Shown here piece by piece: positions 27,684-36,993 of a DNA stretch of 64,000 nt. The stretch covers positions 2,816 through 66,815 of the IMG/VR virus record IMGVR_UViG_3300045285_000136; one strand, written 5' to 3'. Source of the DNA: a virus. Taxonomy: Duplodnaviria > Caudoviricetes. Both the position numbers and the translations under genes were made by a program. Under the pieces are notes generated by a model that had not been told where the DNA came from, made no database searches, and was given only the letters and a program-made list of their open reading frames with translations. Position 1 is the first letter of the stretch. The number at the start of each line of letters is the position of its first letter.

Positions 27684-29003
27684 ATGCCCCAGTTCAAACC
27701 CTGCACCCTCACGCCCGCGCAGACGCGTGCCATGGAGGTGGCGCGCGTGACCTTCATGGACACCTGTCCCTTCTTCGCCCAGGTGTATTTCTCGATCGGC
27801 GAGGAGATCTTCACCAAGGATTTCCCGACGGCGTGCACTGACGGCAAGCGCATATGGATCAACCCGGATTACTTCTGCCAGTTCAAGCCGCTCGAGCAGG
27901 TGTTCATCCTCGCGCACGAGGTGGATCACATGGTGTGTTCACACCCCACGCGCATGAAAAACTACGCACGCCAGGATCACATCAGGAACAAGCCGGTGGA
28001 TCCCATGTTCGCCAACGTGTGCATGGACCTCGTGATCAACGCGCGTCTGGTTACCTCCAAGGTGGGCGCGGTTAACCCCGACTGGTTGTTCGATCCGAAG
28101 ATTACCGGCGAAGAACTCTGGGAGGACGTGTACGAGCAACGATACACGATCCCACCGCCTCCGCCCCCATCCTCCTCTCCGCTGACGCCGGGCAGCAACG
28201 GTCAACCAGGAAACTCCGGGAGTAACCAACCTCAGCCCCAGCAACCCACAGCCGGCGGGTCGAACAAGACGCTGCGCGGTGCCAAGGGTGATCCCACGGC
28301 TGCGAAGCAGGGCGGCCAGTTCGATCAGGTGCTCGAGCCCGCCGACGACCTGCCCGACGAGCATGAATTCAAGGAGGCCGTCGCGCGCGCTGCCGGTTTG
28401 GCCAAGGCGATGGGCAAGATGCCCGCCAACTATCAGCGCATCGTCGACGAGATCCTCGATCCGCAGATCGACTGGCGCGAGCATATCCGCCTCGTGATGA
28501 CCGGCAAGATCGGCCATAACAACGAGACCTGGGCCAAGCCGAACCGCCGGCGCATGGCGACCAACCCTCTGGTGATTATCCCGGGCAAACGCGGATATGG
28601 CTGCGAGACGGTGGTCGTCGGCGTGGATACCTCGGGCTCTATCGGCGACGCGGAGCTGGCGGTGTTCCTCACCGAGGTCGGCGGCATACTCAATGCGGTC
28701 CGCCCGCAGCGCATCGTGGTGATCGGCTGCGACGCCGACGTATCCCAGGTGGACGAGGTGCACTCGCTCGACGAGTTCCAGTCACTCCGTAGCAAGGGCA
28801 TCAAGGGGGGCGGCGGCACGGACTTCCGGCCGGTGTTCGAGTATGTGCGCGAGCACGACCTGCGACCGGAGACGCTGGTGTACCTCACGGATCTCGCAGG
28901 GGTATTCCCCGATACCAAGCCGGGTTACCCAGTAGTCTGGGCTGCGACAACGAATGATCCGGTGCCATTTGGCGATGTGGTGCGCATCAAGGCCACCACG
29001 TAA
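27684..29003 (+). CDS. DUF2201-type HExxH metallopeptidase + VWA-like protein
   Basis: LAHEVDH; MIDAS VDTSGS; GGGGTDFRPVF; YLTD. Confidence 0.88.
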   Translation: MPQFKPCTLTPAQTRAMEVARVTFMDTCPFFAQVYFSIGEEIFTKDFPTACTDGKRIWINPDYFCQFKPLEQVFILAHEVDHMVCSHPTRMKNYARQDHIRNKPVDPMFANVCMDLVINARLVTSKVGAVNPDWLFDPKITGEELWEDVYEQRYTIPPPPPPSSSPLTPGSNGQPGNSGSNQPQPQQPTAGGSNKTLRGAKGDPTAAKQGGQFDQVLEPADDLPDEHEFKEAVARAAGLAKAMGKMPANYQRIVDEILDPQIDWREHIRLVMTGKIGHNNETWAKPNRRRMATNPLVIIPGKRGYGCETVVVGVDTSGSIGDAELAVFLTEVGGILNAVRPQRIVVIGCDADVSQVDEVHSLDEFQSLRSKGIKGGGGTDFRPVFEYVREHDLRPETLVYLTDLAGVFPDTKPGYPVVWAATTNDPVPFGDVVRIKATT

Positions 29004-29011
29004 TATCTTGC

Positions 29012-29039
29012 TTGACGTTAGCACAGAATGCACTAACAT
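29012..29039 (+). promoter_or_regulatory. Possible sigma70 promoter
   Basis: TTGACG-N16-TAACAT in AT-rich gap. Confidence 0.35.
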
Positions 29040-29054
29040 ACATGCGAGAACCCG

Positions 29055-29615
29055 ATGAACCCGAACTCCCTTGCCGAATACGTTGCCCACCAGAGTAACC
29101 TGCTCAACCGCATGGCGACCCAGGCGGAAACGCTTGGGTTTTGCCTTGTGCCCCACGGCATCAACCCGCACACACTCAACACCCGCTTATATAACTTTAT
29201 GTCCGGCGGCTTCGGCGATCTGTTCGACGCATGGTGCCGTACTCATGGTCGTAAATACATACGTATCAACACATGGTTTTCTCCGATAACTCACGACGGC
29301 GCGCTCTTCAACTTTCTCACCCACTGGAAATTCGAGGTTCCGCGCACCAAGCGCATGCGACCCATCGTCGTGGCACTGGATCTCGTGTGTCACGTCGTCA
29401 CACAGAGCGATCAATCCCACTGGGCCGCGCGACAGGTCGCCAACCTCGCCGCCTCGGCAAGCAAGCGTCCCGTTTCGCGGCACTGCCACGACTGCCATGA
29501 ATACCAGGGGAACACCCTCGCCACGCTGGAACTCATGATCAGTATCCTGCGCATGCCGCCGCACCACGCGATCCTCACCGATACCTACACCCCCCGCGAA
29601 CCTCGCCGGAGTTAA
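29055..29615 (+). CDS. Hypothetical protein (186 aa)
   Basis: Long ORF in operon orientation. Confidence 0.6.
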   Translation: MNPNSLAEYVAHQSNLLNRMATQAETLGFCLVPHGINPHTLNTRLYNFMSGGFGDLFDAWCRTHGRKYIRINTWFSPITHDGALFNFLTHWKFEVPRTKRMRPIVVALDLVCHVVTQSDQSHWAARQVANLAASASKRPVSRHCHDCHEYQGNTLATLELMISILRMPPHHAILTDTYTPREPRRS

Positions 29616-29619
29616 TCCC

Positions 29620-30414
29620 ATGCCCAATGCCGCCATCCCGACCGGGATACGCTCGATGATCAGCAGCCGCGCCATCGGTCTGGCCGAGCGCGTGACGGCC
29701 TACTCGCTGCTGAACTTCCCGCTCGACATCAACGACCTCGAGACGCGGATCAACGACCCGGTGCCGCTCGATATGATGCGCACGCTGCAGGGCCTTGGTA
29801 TCGAACAACCCGTGTCCAACGACATCAACGTGTGTTTGCTCCGTAGTGATATCCCTGCGCTCAAGCGCGGCGTGATCGTCCGGCTGGACTACCTGCCTAA
29901 ACATATTCTGGTGCCGCGCCGGGGCGTGATGGGCACCGTGTATAATTTTAATTGGGCGGATCCGCCCAGCTCGAAGCACAAGAACGCCGCCTATATGCTG
30001 AACCTCGACGGGCTCGACGAGAACAAACTCCAGGCGCTGGGCACCTGGGCGAACAACGCCGTGTATAACTGGCGCATGCAGAAGCTGGTCGCGGAGATAG
30101 TGACCCAGACGATACACCATGAGAAATACACCCGCACGATCGGGCACCTGCATGCGTGGTGGCCGGCACTGTGCGATATGGTGGACGCCAGCGAGAAGGT
30201 CTGGCAGGACCGCATGCGCAACCCGCCCCGTCGCAACCTGAATATCTACAAGCCCGATGACGCGGCAGCGCACGCGAAATACGCCAAGCACCGCGAGCTG
30301 GCCGACCACGTGTTCGTCAAGGCGCGCATGCTGCCCGCGTATAAGCATCCCGAGGGCATGTCACGGGCGCTCATCATGCACGTCGAGAAGCTGCAGGGAG
30401 ACGTATATATCTAG
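29620..30414 (+). CDS. Hypothetical protein (264 aa)
   Basis: Long ORF, phage-like codon usage. Confidence 0.7.
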   Translation: MPNAAIPTGIRSMISSRAIGLAERVTAYSLLNFPLDINDLETRINDPVPLDMMRTLQGLGIEQPVSNDINVCLLRSDIPALKRGVIVRLDYLPKHILVPRRGVMGTVYNFNWADPPSSKHKNAAYMLNLDGLDENKLQALGTWANNAVYNWRMQKLVAEIVTQTIHHEKYTRTIGHLHAWWPALCDMVDASEKVWQDRMRNPPRRNLNIYKPDDAAAHAKYAKHRELADHVFVKARMLPAYKHPEGMSRALIMHVEKLQGDVYI

Positions 30415-30622
30415 CCCGGCTCTAGCTATGGACGGAATAAATCCGTTGTGCTTAACGTCTGACCCCTTACTACCGGTGGGATGCCAGACCCATCGGCAGC
30501 AGAGGGTCGCGGGGGCGGCGGGACACCGGACGGGGTCCACCGCCCCCGCAGCACTCACCCACAGGGGTTCTTGTGCGCAGCCTAGCGAGCGATAATACCA
30601 CGAAACCCAGGGAGATCGACGG

Positions 30623-32551
30623 ATGATAATCACTGGCGATTACGAGACGGCGTACGACAGTGAGTATTCCCTCACCAAGATGTCGGAGACCGACTACATC
30701 CTCTCGCCGCTGTTCCAGCCCATCATGCTCGCCCTTAAAGTGAGCGACGGGCCCGTGGTCACCCACGTGGGCGACCAGGACATACGTGCGGCTGTCACTG
30801 CGATCGATTGGTCACAGGTGGCGTTCCTCTCGCATAACGCGCGCTTCGACGCGAGCATCCTGGCGTGGCGCTACGGGTGCTACCCGAAGCTCTACCTCGA
30901 TACGTTCTCGATGGCCCGTGCGATGACGCACGCCCAGACGGGCTCGTCGTCGCTCAAGGCGGTGGCGGACTACCTCGGGTTGCCGCCTAAGGGTGACTAC
31001 GTAGTGAACGCCAAGGGCAAGCGCCTCGAGAGTTTCCTCGCCGACCCGCAGGAGCTTAACCTGTATATGAGCTACTGCGAGCACGACACCCGGTTGTGCT
31101 ATGAAATTTTCAACCTGTTCAGGTTACACGGGTTTCCTACCAGCGAGCTGCAGGTGATCGACATAATGCTTCGCATGTTCATCCAGCCGCAGGCCAAACT
31201 CAACGAGTTCGCGCTGGCCGAGCATTTACACATGGTTCAACAGGAGAAGGCTCGCCTCATCGCCAACGTGCAGGTGGAACACCCGAAGCAGCTATCCTCC
31301 AACCCGCAGTTCGCCGAGCTGCTCGAACAGTTGGGCGTCGAGGTGCCCCGTAAGATATCCCTTACCACGGGCAGGGAGACCTGGGCGCTGGCGAAGAACG
31401 ATCGGGGGTTCCGCGAGCTGCTCAACGACCCCGACCAGCCCACCGAAGTGCAGGCGCTGCTGGCGGCCCGCGTAGGGGTCAAGTCCACCATCGAGGAGAC
31501 CCGCGCGATCACCCTGCTGAACCTCGCAAGGCAGGACTGGGGCGTGCTGGGGCCGGCCGGTGGGTCCGCCTGGATGCCTGTCCCCTACCGATACTATGGC
31601 GCGCACACCGGCCGGCCGTCGGGCGACGGCGGGTACAACTTCACCAACCTCAAGCGGGGCTCGCCCCTGCGTGCCGCCATTACAGCCCCCGAGGGCATGC
31701 GCATCGTGCACAGGGATTCATCGCAGATCGAGGCGCGGCTGGTGGCGTGGCTGGCCGGGTGTGTGTCCCTGGTGCAGGCGTTCGCCGAGGGCCGCGACGT
31801 GTATTCCGAATTCGCCTCGCGGTTCTACGACATGCCGGTAACCAAAAAAGACGTGCCGCGCCGGTTCGCGGGTAAAACCGCCATACTCTCGCTGGGGTAT
31901 GGGTGCGGCGCGAAGAAATTCCGCAATGCGTTGTACATAGGCGCAGGAGGTATGAGCCTGGATCTCACGCTCGCGGAAGCCGAGGAGCTGGTGTCGTTCT
32001 ACCGGCTGGATTCCTACCCCGAGATCCCCCTGCTGTGGCGTCGGGGTGAGGGTGCGATCAATCGAATGATCCGCCGGCTGGGCAGCATGGACGCCCGTGT
32101 GCTGCCGCATGAGTTCCTGCCCGCGCTGCCCGTGGTCGTCGAGGGCGACGGGTATTTCATGCTGCCCAACGGGCTGTATATCCAGTATCCGAAGTTACGC
32201 CGGGAGTATGACGCCACGACGGGCGGGTATGAGACGGTGTACGCCTCGAGCAAGGTCGACGCGATGAAGATCTATGGCGCAAAGCTCGTCGAGAACGTCA
32301 CCCAGGGGCTGGCGCGCATCGTGATCACCGACGTGATGCTCCGGGTGTTCAACCAGACGGGCTATCATCCGGCATTGACAACCTATGACAGTATTGATTA
32401 CGTGGTGCCCGGGAGCGAGGTAGAGAGCTTCGACAGGATACTAGAACGCGAATTCGCCATATGCCCCGAGTGGGCACCCGGCCTGCCGCTGGCGTCCGAG
32501 GGAGGCTGGGGAGTTTCGCTGCTGGACGCTGAGAAAGCGGTGAACCGGTGA
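30623..32551 (+). CDS. polA: DNA polymerase family A with 3'-5' exonuclease
   Basis: ExoI DYET; motif A DSSQIEAR; motif B RRFAGKTAILSLGYG; motif C TYDS. Confidence 0.93.
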   Translation: MIITGDYETAYDSEYSLTKMSETDYILSPLFQPIMLALKVSDGPVVTHVGDQDIRAAVTAIDWSQVAFLSHNARFDASILAWRYGCYPKLYLDTFSMARAMTHAQTGSSSLKAVADYLGLPPKGDYVVNAKGKRLESFLADPQELNLYMSYCEHDTRLCYEIFNLFRLHGFPTSELQVIDIMLRMFIQPQAKLNEFALAEHLHMVQQEKARLIANVQVEHPKQLSSNPQFAELLEQLGVEVPRKISLTTGRETWALAKNDRGFRELLNDPDQPTEVQALLAARVGVKSTIEETRAITLLNLARQDWGVLGPAGGSAWMPVPYRYYGAHTGRPSGDGGYNFTNLKRGSPLRAAITAPEGMRIVHRDSSQIEARLVAWLAGCVSLVQAFAEGRDVYSEFASRFYDMPVTKKDVPRRFAGKTAILSLGYGCGAKKFRNALYIGAGGMSLDLTLAEAEELVSFYRLDSYPEIPLLWRRGEGAINRMIRRLGSMDARVLPHEFLPALPVVVEGDGYFMLPNGLYIQYPKLRREYDATTGGYETVYASSKVDAMKIYGAKLVENVTQGLARIVITDVMLRVFNQTGYHPALTTYDSIDYVVPGSEVESFDRILEREFAICPEWAPGLPLASEGGWGVSLLDAEKAVNR

Positions 32552-33024
32552 TGAGCGGACATTTAGGACCACATCATACACTTGCCGACGCTAAAAAATA
32601 CTTGAAGGCAAAACTCTTAAACGGTGGTGGTATATGTCCGGTCTGCACGCAACTTGCGAAAGTTTACAAGCGCCCGATTAACGCCGGTATGGCTTGTTCA
32701 CTTATTACCATGTATCGCACGTTCGGTCTTGATTTTGGCTATATCCCGGAGCTACCAGCCAAATCGCGGGAAGAAGGCAAGTTGGTTTATTGGGGGTTGG
32801 TCGCAGAAGCACATGAACTCCGACCCGATGGTGGGCGTGCTGGATGGTGGCGGGTTACCGAGAAGGGCGAAGCATTTATTCGACACGGGTTAACGGTGCC
32901 GAAATACGCACTTATCTACGATGGTCGGTTCCTTGGTTACGACAACCCGGCCGCGCAAATCGACATTAGGGACGCGCTGACGGACAAGTTTAATTTAGAG
33001 GACCTGATGGCAGCGCGAATATGA
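32551..33024 (+). CDS. Phage hypothetical protein, lower GC
   Basis: CPVC; WGLV...GWWRVTEKGEAF. Confidence 0.7.
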   Translation: MSGHLGPHHTLADAKKYLKAKLLNGGGICPVCTQLAKVYKRPINAGMACSLITMYRTFGLDFGYIPELPAKSREEGKLVYWGLVAEAHELRPDGGRAGWWRVTEKGEAFIRHGLTVPKYALIYDGRFLGYDNPAAQIDIRDALTDKFNLEDLMAARI

Positions 33025-33057
33025 ACACATCTGCACGAGTGTAGGAGGTTTGCTACA

Positions 33058-33282
33058 GTGGAAGACCCCCCCGGTTGCGCCGAAATGAGTATCATCACCG
33101 TCGTTCGAGGATTAACCATCAAAAATGGCAAGCCCCATGAATATTTCAGCCTAAAGTTCGAAGGGCATATCAAATACGCAGACGCTAAAGCAGCCATCAT
33201 CGAAATGCTCGAGGAAACCGGCGCGCAGCGTGCTATAAAGGTTGAAATGCTGGTCATGGAAGATGATGACGATGATGAGTGA
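33058..33282 (+). CDS. Small acidic-tailed protein
   Basis: GGAGG RBS, GTG start. Confidence 0.5.
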   Translation: MEDPPGCAEMSIITVVRGLTIKNGKPHEYFSLKFEGHIKYADAKAAIIEMLEETGAQRAIKVEMLVMEDDDDDE

Positions 33283-33949
33283 CGTTGCATCCAAGCCCTT
33301 CACCTGGAGCTACTCGGCGCTGAAGAACTTTGATACCTGCGCTCGTCGGTACTACGAATACAACATCGCGAAGAGCATCGACGAGCCCGAGAGTGTGCAC
33401 CTGCGCGAGGGGCATCGGGTGCACTCGGCGTTCGCCGCGCGCATCAAGGACGCCGCCCCCCTGCCCCTCGGGCTGACCATGCACGAGGGGATGCTTGCGC
33501 GCCTCGTCGACGCGCCGGGGGAGATCTACGTGGAACAACGCCTGGGGCTCACCAGTTCGTTCCAGCCCGCTGAGTTCTTCGGGAAGAACGTATGGTTCCG
33601 CACCGTGCTCGACGTGGTAAAGATCAAACCCGACGGGCGGGCGCTGATACTGGATTGGAAAACCGGCAAGGTCGCCGACGACATGACCCAGCTGGCCCTG
33701 AGCGCCGTCACCCTGTTCGCCCATGATGCCCGCGTGCACGAGGTCAAGGCGGCACTCATCTTCACCGCCTACGGTGAGCACGTCGAGGAGAGCTACTCCC
33801 GGAGTGACGTGACCAGCATCTGGTCGCGCATGCTGCCCAAGGTGAACCGGCTGCTCGACGCGCATCAAACCCAGCACTACCCTCCCAACCCGGGCGGGCT
33901 GTGCCGCAGGTGGTGCGCGGTAACATCCTGTCCGTTTCACGGGAGATAA
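33275..33949 (+). CDS. PD-(D/E)XK Cas4-like exonuclease
   Basis: WSYSALKNFDTC, LD...DWKTGK, C-terminal CRRWC..SC. Confidence 0.88.
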   Translation: MSDVASKPFTWSYSALKNFDTCARRYYEYNIAKSIDEPESVHLREGHRVHSAFAARIKDAAPLPLGLTMHEGMLARLVDAPGEIYVEQRLGLTSSFQPAEFFGKNVWFRTVLDVVKIKPDGRALILDWKTGKVADDMTQLALSAVTLFAHDARVHEVKAALIFTAYGEHVEESYSRSDVTSIWSRMLPKVNRLLDAHQTQHYPPNPGGLCRRWCAVTSCPFHGR

Positions 33950-33952
33950 AAT

Positions 33953-34387
33953 ATGTCGCTGCCCCAGTGGATGTTCGGAGGAGTGCAACCCGTGGGTACA
34001 CCTTCGCAGGTGCCTGCTCGACCGAAGCTGCCGCCAGGATGGTTGTCGAACCCGGCAGTGAGTAGCCAGATGGCGCAAGAGATCATCGCCCAGACGGCGC
34101 AACAGAACGTCGCCCAGATGAACGCCCAGTGGGCCAGCGTACGTCAGACAGCGGCGCTGCCGACAACCGTGGACAACCCCGTGCACAACGCCATGAACGC
34201 TAAGCTGTTCAAGCTGAGCACCCAGCTGCCGATGCGCCTGATCCTGCAGATCAAGAGCGTCAACTTATACAACGACCCGATGCGCATCGAGGTGCTTTAC
34301 ATGAACGACCACGTCCTGGTTATCCCTGACGTGGACGCCTTCCCGTCCGAGGAACACATCGCGCGAATTGCCTTGGAGTGCCCGTAA
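33953..34387 (+). CDS. Hypothetical protein
   Basis: GGGAG RBS. Confidence 0.6.
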   Translation: MSLPQWMFGGVQPVGTPSQVPARPKLPPGWLSNPAVSSQMAQEIIAQTAQQNVAQMNAQWASVRQTAALPTTVDNPVHNAMNAKLFKLSTQLPMRLILQIKSVNLYNDPMRIEVLYMNDHVLVIPDVDAFPSEEHIARIALECP

Positions 34388-34445
34388 ACTTTACGTAATA
34401 TCCACCTGCGCCGGACGCGCTTACGTGTGTTCGGGAGGGTGGGTC

Positions 34446-34703
34446 ATGCCTGAGGGTATGGTAGGTGGCGCTGTCGAGGTCACCAAGTCGCTGGTCTCCA
34501 AGTGGCCGCCTGCGCTGCTGGCTTTGATCGTGCTCAACCTGATTACCGTTGGTGCTTTCATGTGGCACCAGGGCAACGTGATCGTCTCCGAAGAGCGTGT
34601 CGTACTCAAACGCATGGACTCGATCAGCAGTCTCATAAAGGCCTGTGTCGATGGCGACCACCCCCGAGAGCAGAATCAAGGACAAGATCCGCGCCGTCCT
34701 TAA
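34446..34703 (+). CDS. Single-TM membrane protein
   Basis: GGGAGG RBS; WPPALLALIVLNLITVGAFMW. Confidence 0.55.
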   Translation: MPEGMVGGAVEVTKSLVSKWPPALLALIVLNLITVGAFMWHQGNVIVSEERVVLKRMDSISSLIKACVDGDHPREQNQGQDPRRP

Positions 34704-34992
34704 ATCCTACGAACATATATATTTCTTCATGCCCGTGCCGACGGGCATGGGTGCCACCACGGTCGACTTCCTGTGCTGTTACCGGGGGCACTTCTTCGGC
34801 ATCGAAGCGAAAGCACCGGGCAAAATCCCTACTCCCCGCCAGGAGTACGTGCTAGAACAAATACGACTAGCCGGTGGTAGCACCTTCACGATCGACGGCG
34901 ACGCCGGTCTGGATGCACTGCGCGAATTTCTGGAGATAGGACAGCAGGTTAATGAACGCACACACCCCGACAACCCATACCTTCGTCGCTAA
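34651..34992 (+). CDS. VRR-NUC domain nuclease
   Basis: PE..IK...D.L......GIEAKAPGK.PT..Q. Confidence 0.88.
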   Translation: MATTPESRIKDKIRAVLKSYEHIYFFMPVPTGMGATTVDFLCCYRGHFFGIEAKAPGKIPTPRQEYVLEQIRLAGGSTFTIDGDAGLDALREFLEIGQQVNERTHPDNPYLRR

Positions 34993-36532
34993 AGGCGGCC
35001 AGTACGTCGCCGTGCCCCACTCGCCGGCGCTAGCGGCGATCATACCCCACGCACAGATCTTCGAGTGGCGGGGCATGAAGATGCTCCTGATGCCCAACAA
35101 GCCCGAAGAAGCACGCATCGCGCGCAACCTGGGGGTGATGGTGCCGAGCCCGATCCTCACGCGCTATGATTGGAAGGGCACCAAGCCCTGGGACATCCAG
35201 CGCACGACGGCAGCTCTCTTGGCCGAGAGCGCACGCTGCTACGTGCTATCTTCTATGGGCACAGGAAAGACCAGGGCTGTCATATATGCGGCGGACTATC
35301 TGATTCGGATGGGTCTGGCCCACCGAATCCTGGTGGTTGCGCCATTATCTACACTCACACCGGTATGGGAGAAGGAGTTCTTCGACCTGGGCCTGTCCGC
35401 CGAGGTGCGTGTGCTCTACGGCTCGCGGGACAAGCGACTCAAGTTACTCCGGGAGCAAAAGCGCATCTGCATCACCAACCATCACGGGCTGCGCGTGATG
35501 GGCGATGACATACTGCGCGGGGGGTTCGACATCGTGGTGTTCGATGAACTCGCGATCTATCGCACGCGCACCACCCAGCTCTGGAAGTTCGCCGCGCAGC
35601 TGGTCAACTGCACCAGCACCAAGTTCGTGTGGGGGCTCACGGGTTCACCCACGCCCAACGCACCCACCGATGCCTGGGGGCAGATGCGTCTGCTCACGCC
35701 GGCGAACACCACACGTTCGTTCGTGGCGTTCCGGGATCAAACCATGCGTCGCGTCACGAGCTTTCGCTGGGTGCCCCGGCCCGAGGCCAACGCGGTGGTG
35801 CAGGCGGCGATGAACCCGAGCGTGCGCTACACGCGCGACGACGTTATGGAACTCCCCGAGTGCAGCTACGTGGATCGCCATGTGCAGCTCGAGACCGATG
35901 CCGCCAAAGCCTACAAGCTCATGTACGACAAGTCGCGCATGATCACCCACTCAGGGAAAGAAATCACCGCCGTCAACGAGGGCGTGCTGCAGAACAAGCT
36001 CTTGCAGGTATCATGCGGGTACCTCTACGCTAACGACAAGACGGTGTACGCCCTGCCCTCGCAGGGTCGTCTGACCGCGCTGGAGGAAACCCTCGACGAG
36101 ACTGATCACAAGTCCATCGTGATGGTGCCCTACCTGCATGCGCTTGATGGTGTCGCAGCACACCTTCGCAAGAAGGGCTACGACATTGCGGTCGTGCATG
36201 GCGGGGTAGGTCGTTCCGAACGCGATACTATATTTAATGATTTTCAGTCTGGACAATCCCCGCACATCCTGGTAGCACACCCGCAGTGTCTGGCACATGG
36301 GCTGACGCTCACACAGGCCGACACCATCGTTTGGTATTCGCCCACGCAATCCCTCGAGATCTACGAACAGGCCAACGCGCGCATCAACCGACCCGGCCAG
36401 AAGAACAGCACTTACATCGTGCATATGGTAGGCACTCACGTCGAACGTGCGACATACACCCGCCTCAAGATGAAAGAGCGCATGCAGTCTTGTTTGCTCA
36501 ACCTCTTCAAGGAGCAACCCCTCGCCTTCTAA
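34952..36532 (+). CDS. SNF2-family SF2 helicase
   Basis: MGTGKT, VFDE, TGSP, QANARINRPGQ. Confidence 0.92.
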   Translation: MNAHTPTTHTFVAKGGQYVAVPHSPALAAIIPHAQIFEWRGMKMLLMPNKPEEARIARNLGVMVPSPILTRYDWKGTKPWDIQRTTAALLAESARCYVLSSMGTGKTRAVIYAADYLIRMGLAHRILVVAPLSTLTPVWEKEFFDLGLSAEVRVLYGSRDKRLKLLREQKRICITNHHGLRVMGDDILRGGFDIVVFDELAIYRTRTTQLWKFAAQLVNCTSTKFVWGLTGSPTPNAPTDAWGQMRLLTPANTTRSFVAFRDQTMRRVTSFRWVPRPEANAVVQAAMNPSVRYTRDDVMELPECSYVDRHVQLETDAAKAYKLMYDKSRMITHSGKEITAVNEGVLQNKLLQVSCGYLYANDKTVYALPSQGRLTALEETLDETDHKSIVMVPYLHALDGVAAHLRKKGYDIAVVHGGVGRSERDTIFNDFQSGQSPHILVAHPQCLAHGLTLTQADTIVWYSPTQSLEIYEQANARINRPGQKNSTYIVHMVGTHVERATYTRLKMKERMQSCLLNLFKEQPLAF

Positions 36533-36549
36533 CTACAGGAGTATGACCC

Positions 36550-36993
36550 GTGTCCGAAGTCACCGAGAAACCCCGCATGACCGCCGACGACATGATCAAC
36601 AAATACGTTCGCCTGCGCGACAAGGTGAAAGATATCAAGGCCCAGCACACCGAACAGCTGGCACCCTACGCCGAGGCAATGAACACGCTCGAAGGCTGGA
36701 TGCTCGAAGCGATGAACCAAGCCGGCCTCAAGTCCATGAAGTCCGTACATGGTACCGCCTATAAGTCCACACGCGTCAGCACGAAGGTACTCGACTGGAC
36801 CGAGACGCTGACCTACATCCGTCAACACGAGGCATGGGATCTACTGGAGGCGCGCGTTTCCAAGTCGGCGGCAGCTGTCGTCGTCGAGGAGACCGGGGCA
36901 CCCATCCCCGGGGTGGAGACCACGAGTGAGATCGTGGTAAACGTCCGGCGAGCCTCCGCGACCGCTGGCACCAACGAGGAGCAAGGTAAGTGA
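36550..36993 (+). CDS. Conserved replication-region protein (Gam/Gp157-like coiled coil)
   Basis: YVRLRD..., LDW...DLLEARVSK..., PIPGV; palindrome RBS. Confidence 0.5.
   Translation: MSEVTEKPRMTADDMINKYVRLRDKVKDIKAQHTEQLAPYAEAMNTLEGWMLEAMNQAGLKSMKSVHGTAYKSTRVSTKVLDWTETLTYIRQHEAWDLLEARVSKSAAAVVVEETGAPIPGVETTSEIVVNVRRASATAGTNEEQGK

Noticed and set aside
33275-33949. Cas4 as part of a CRISPR system
   Set aside because: It is a stand-alone phage Cas4-like exonuclease in the replication module, with no array or other cas genes
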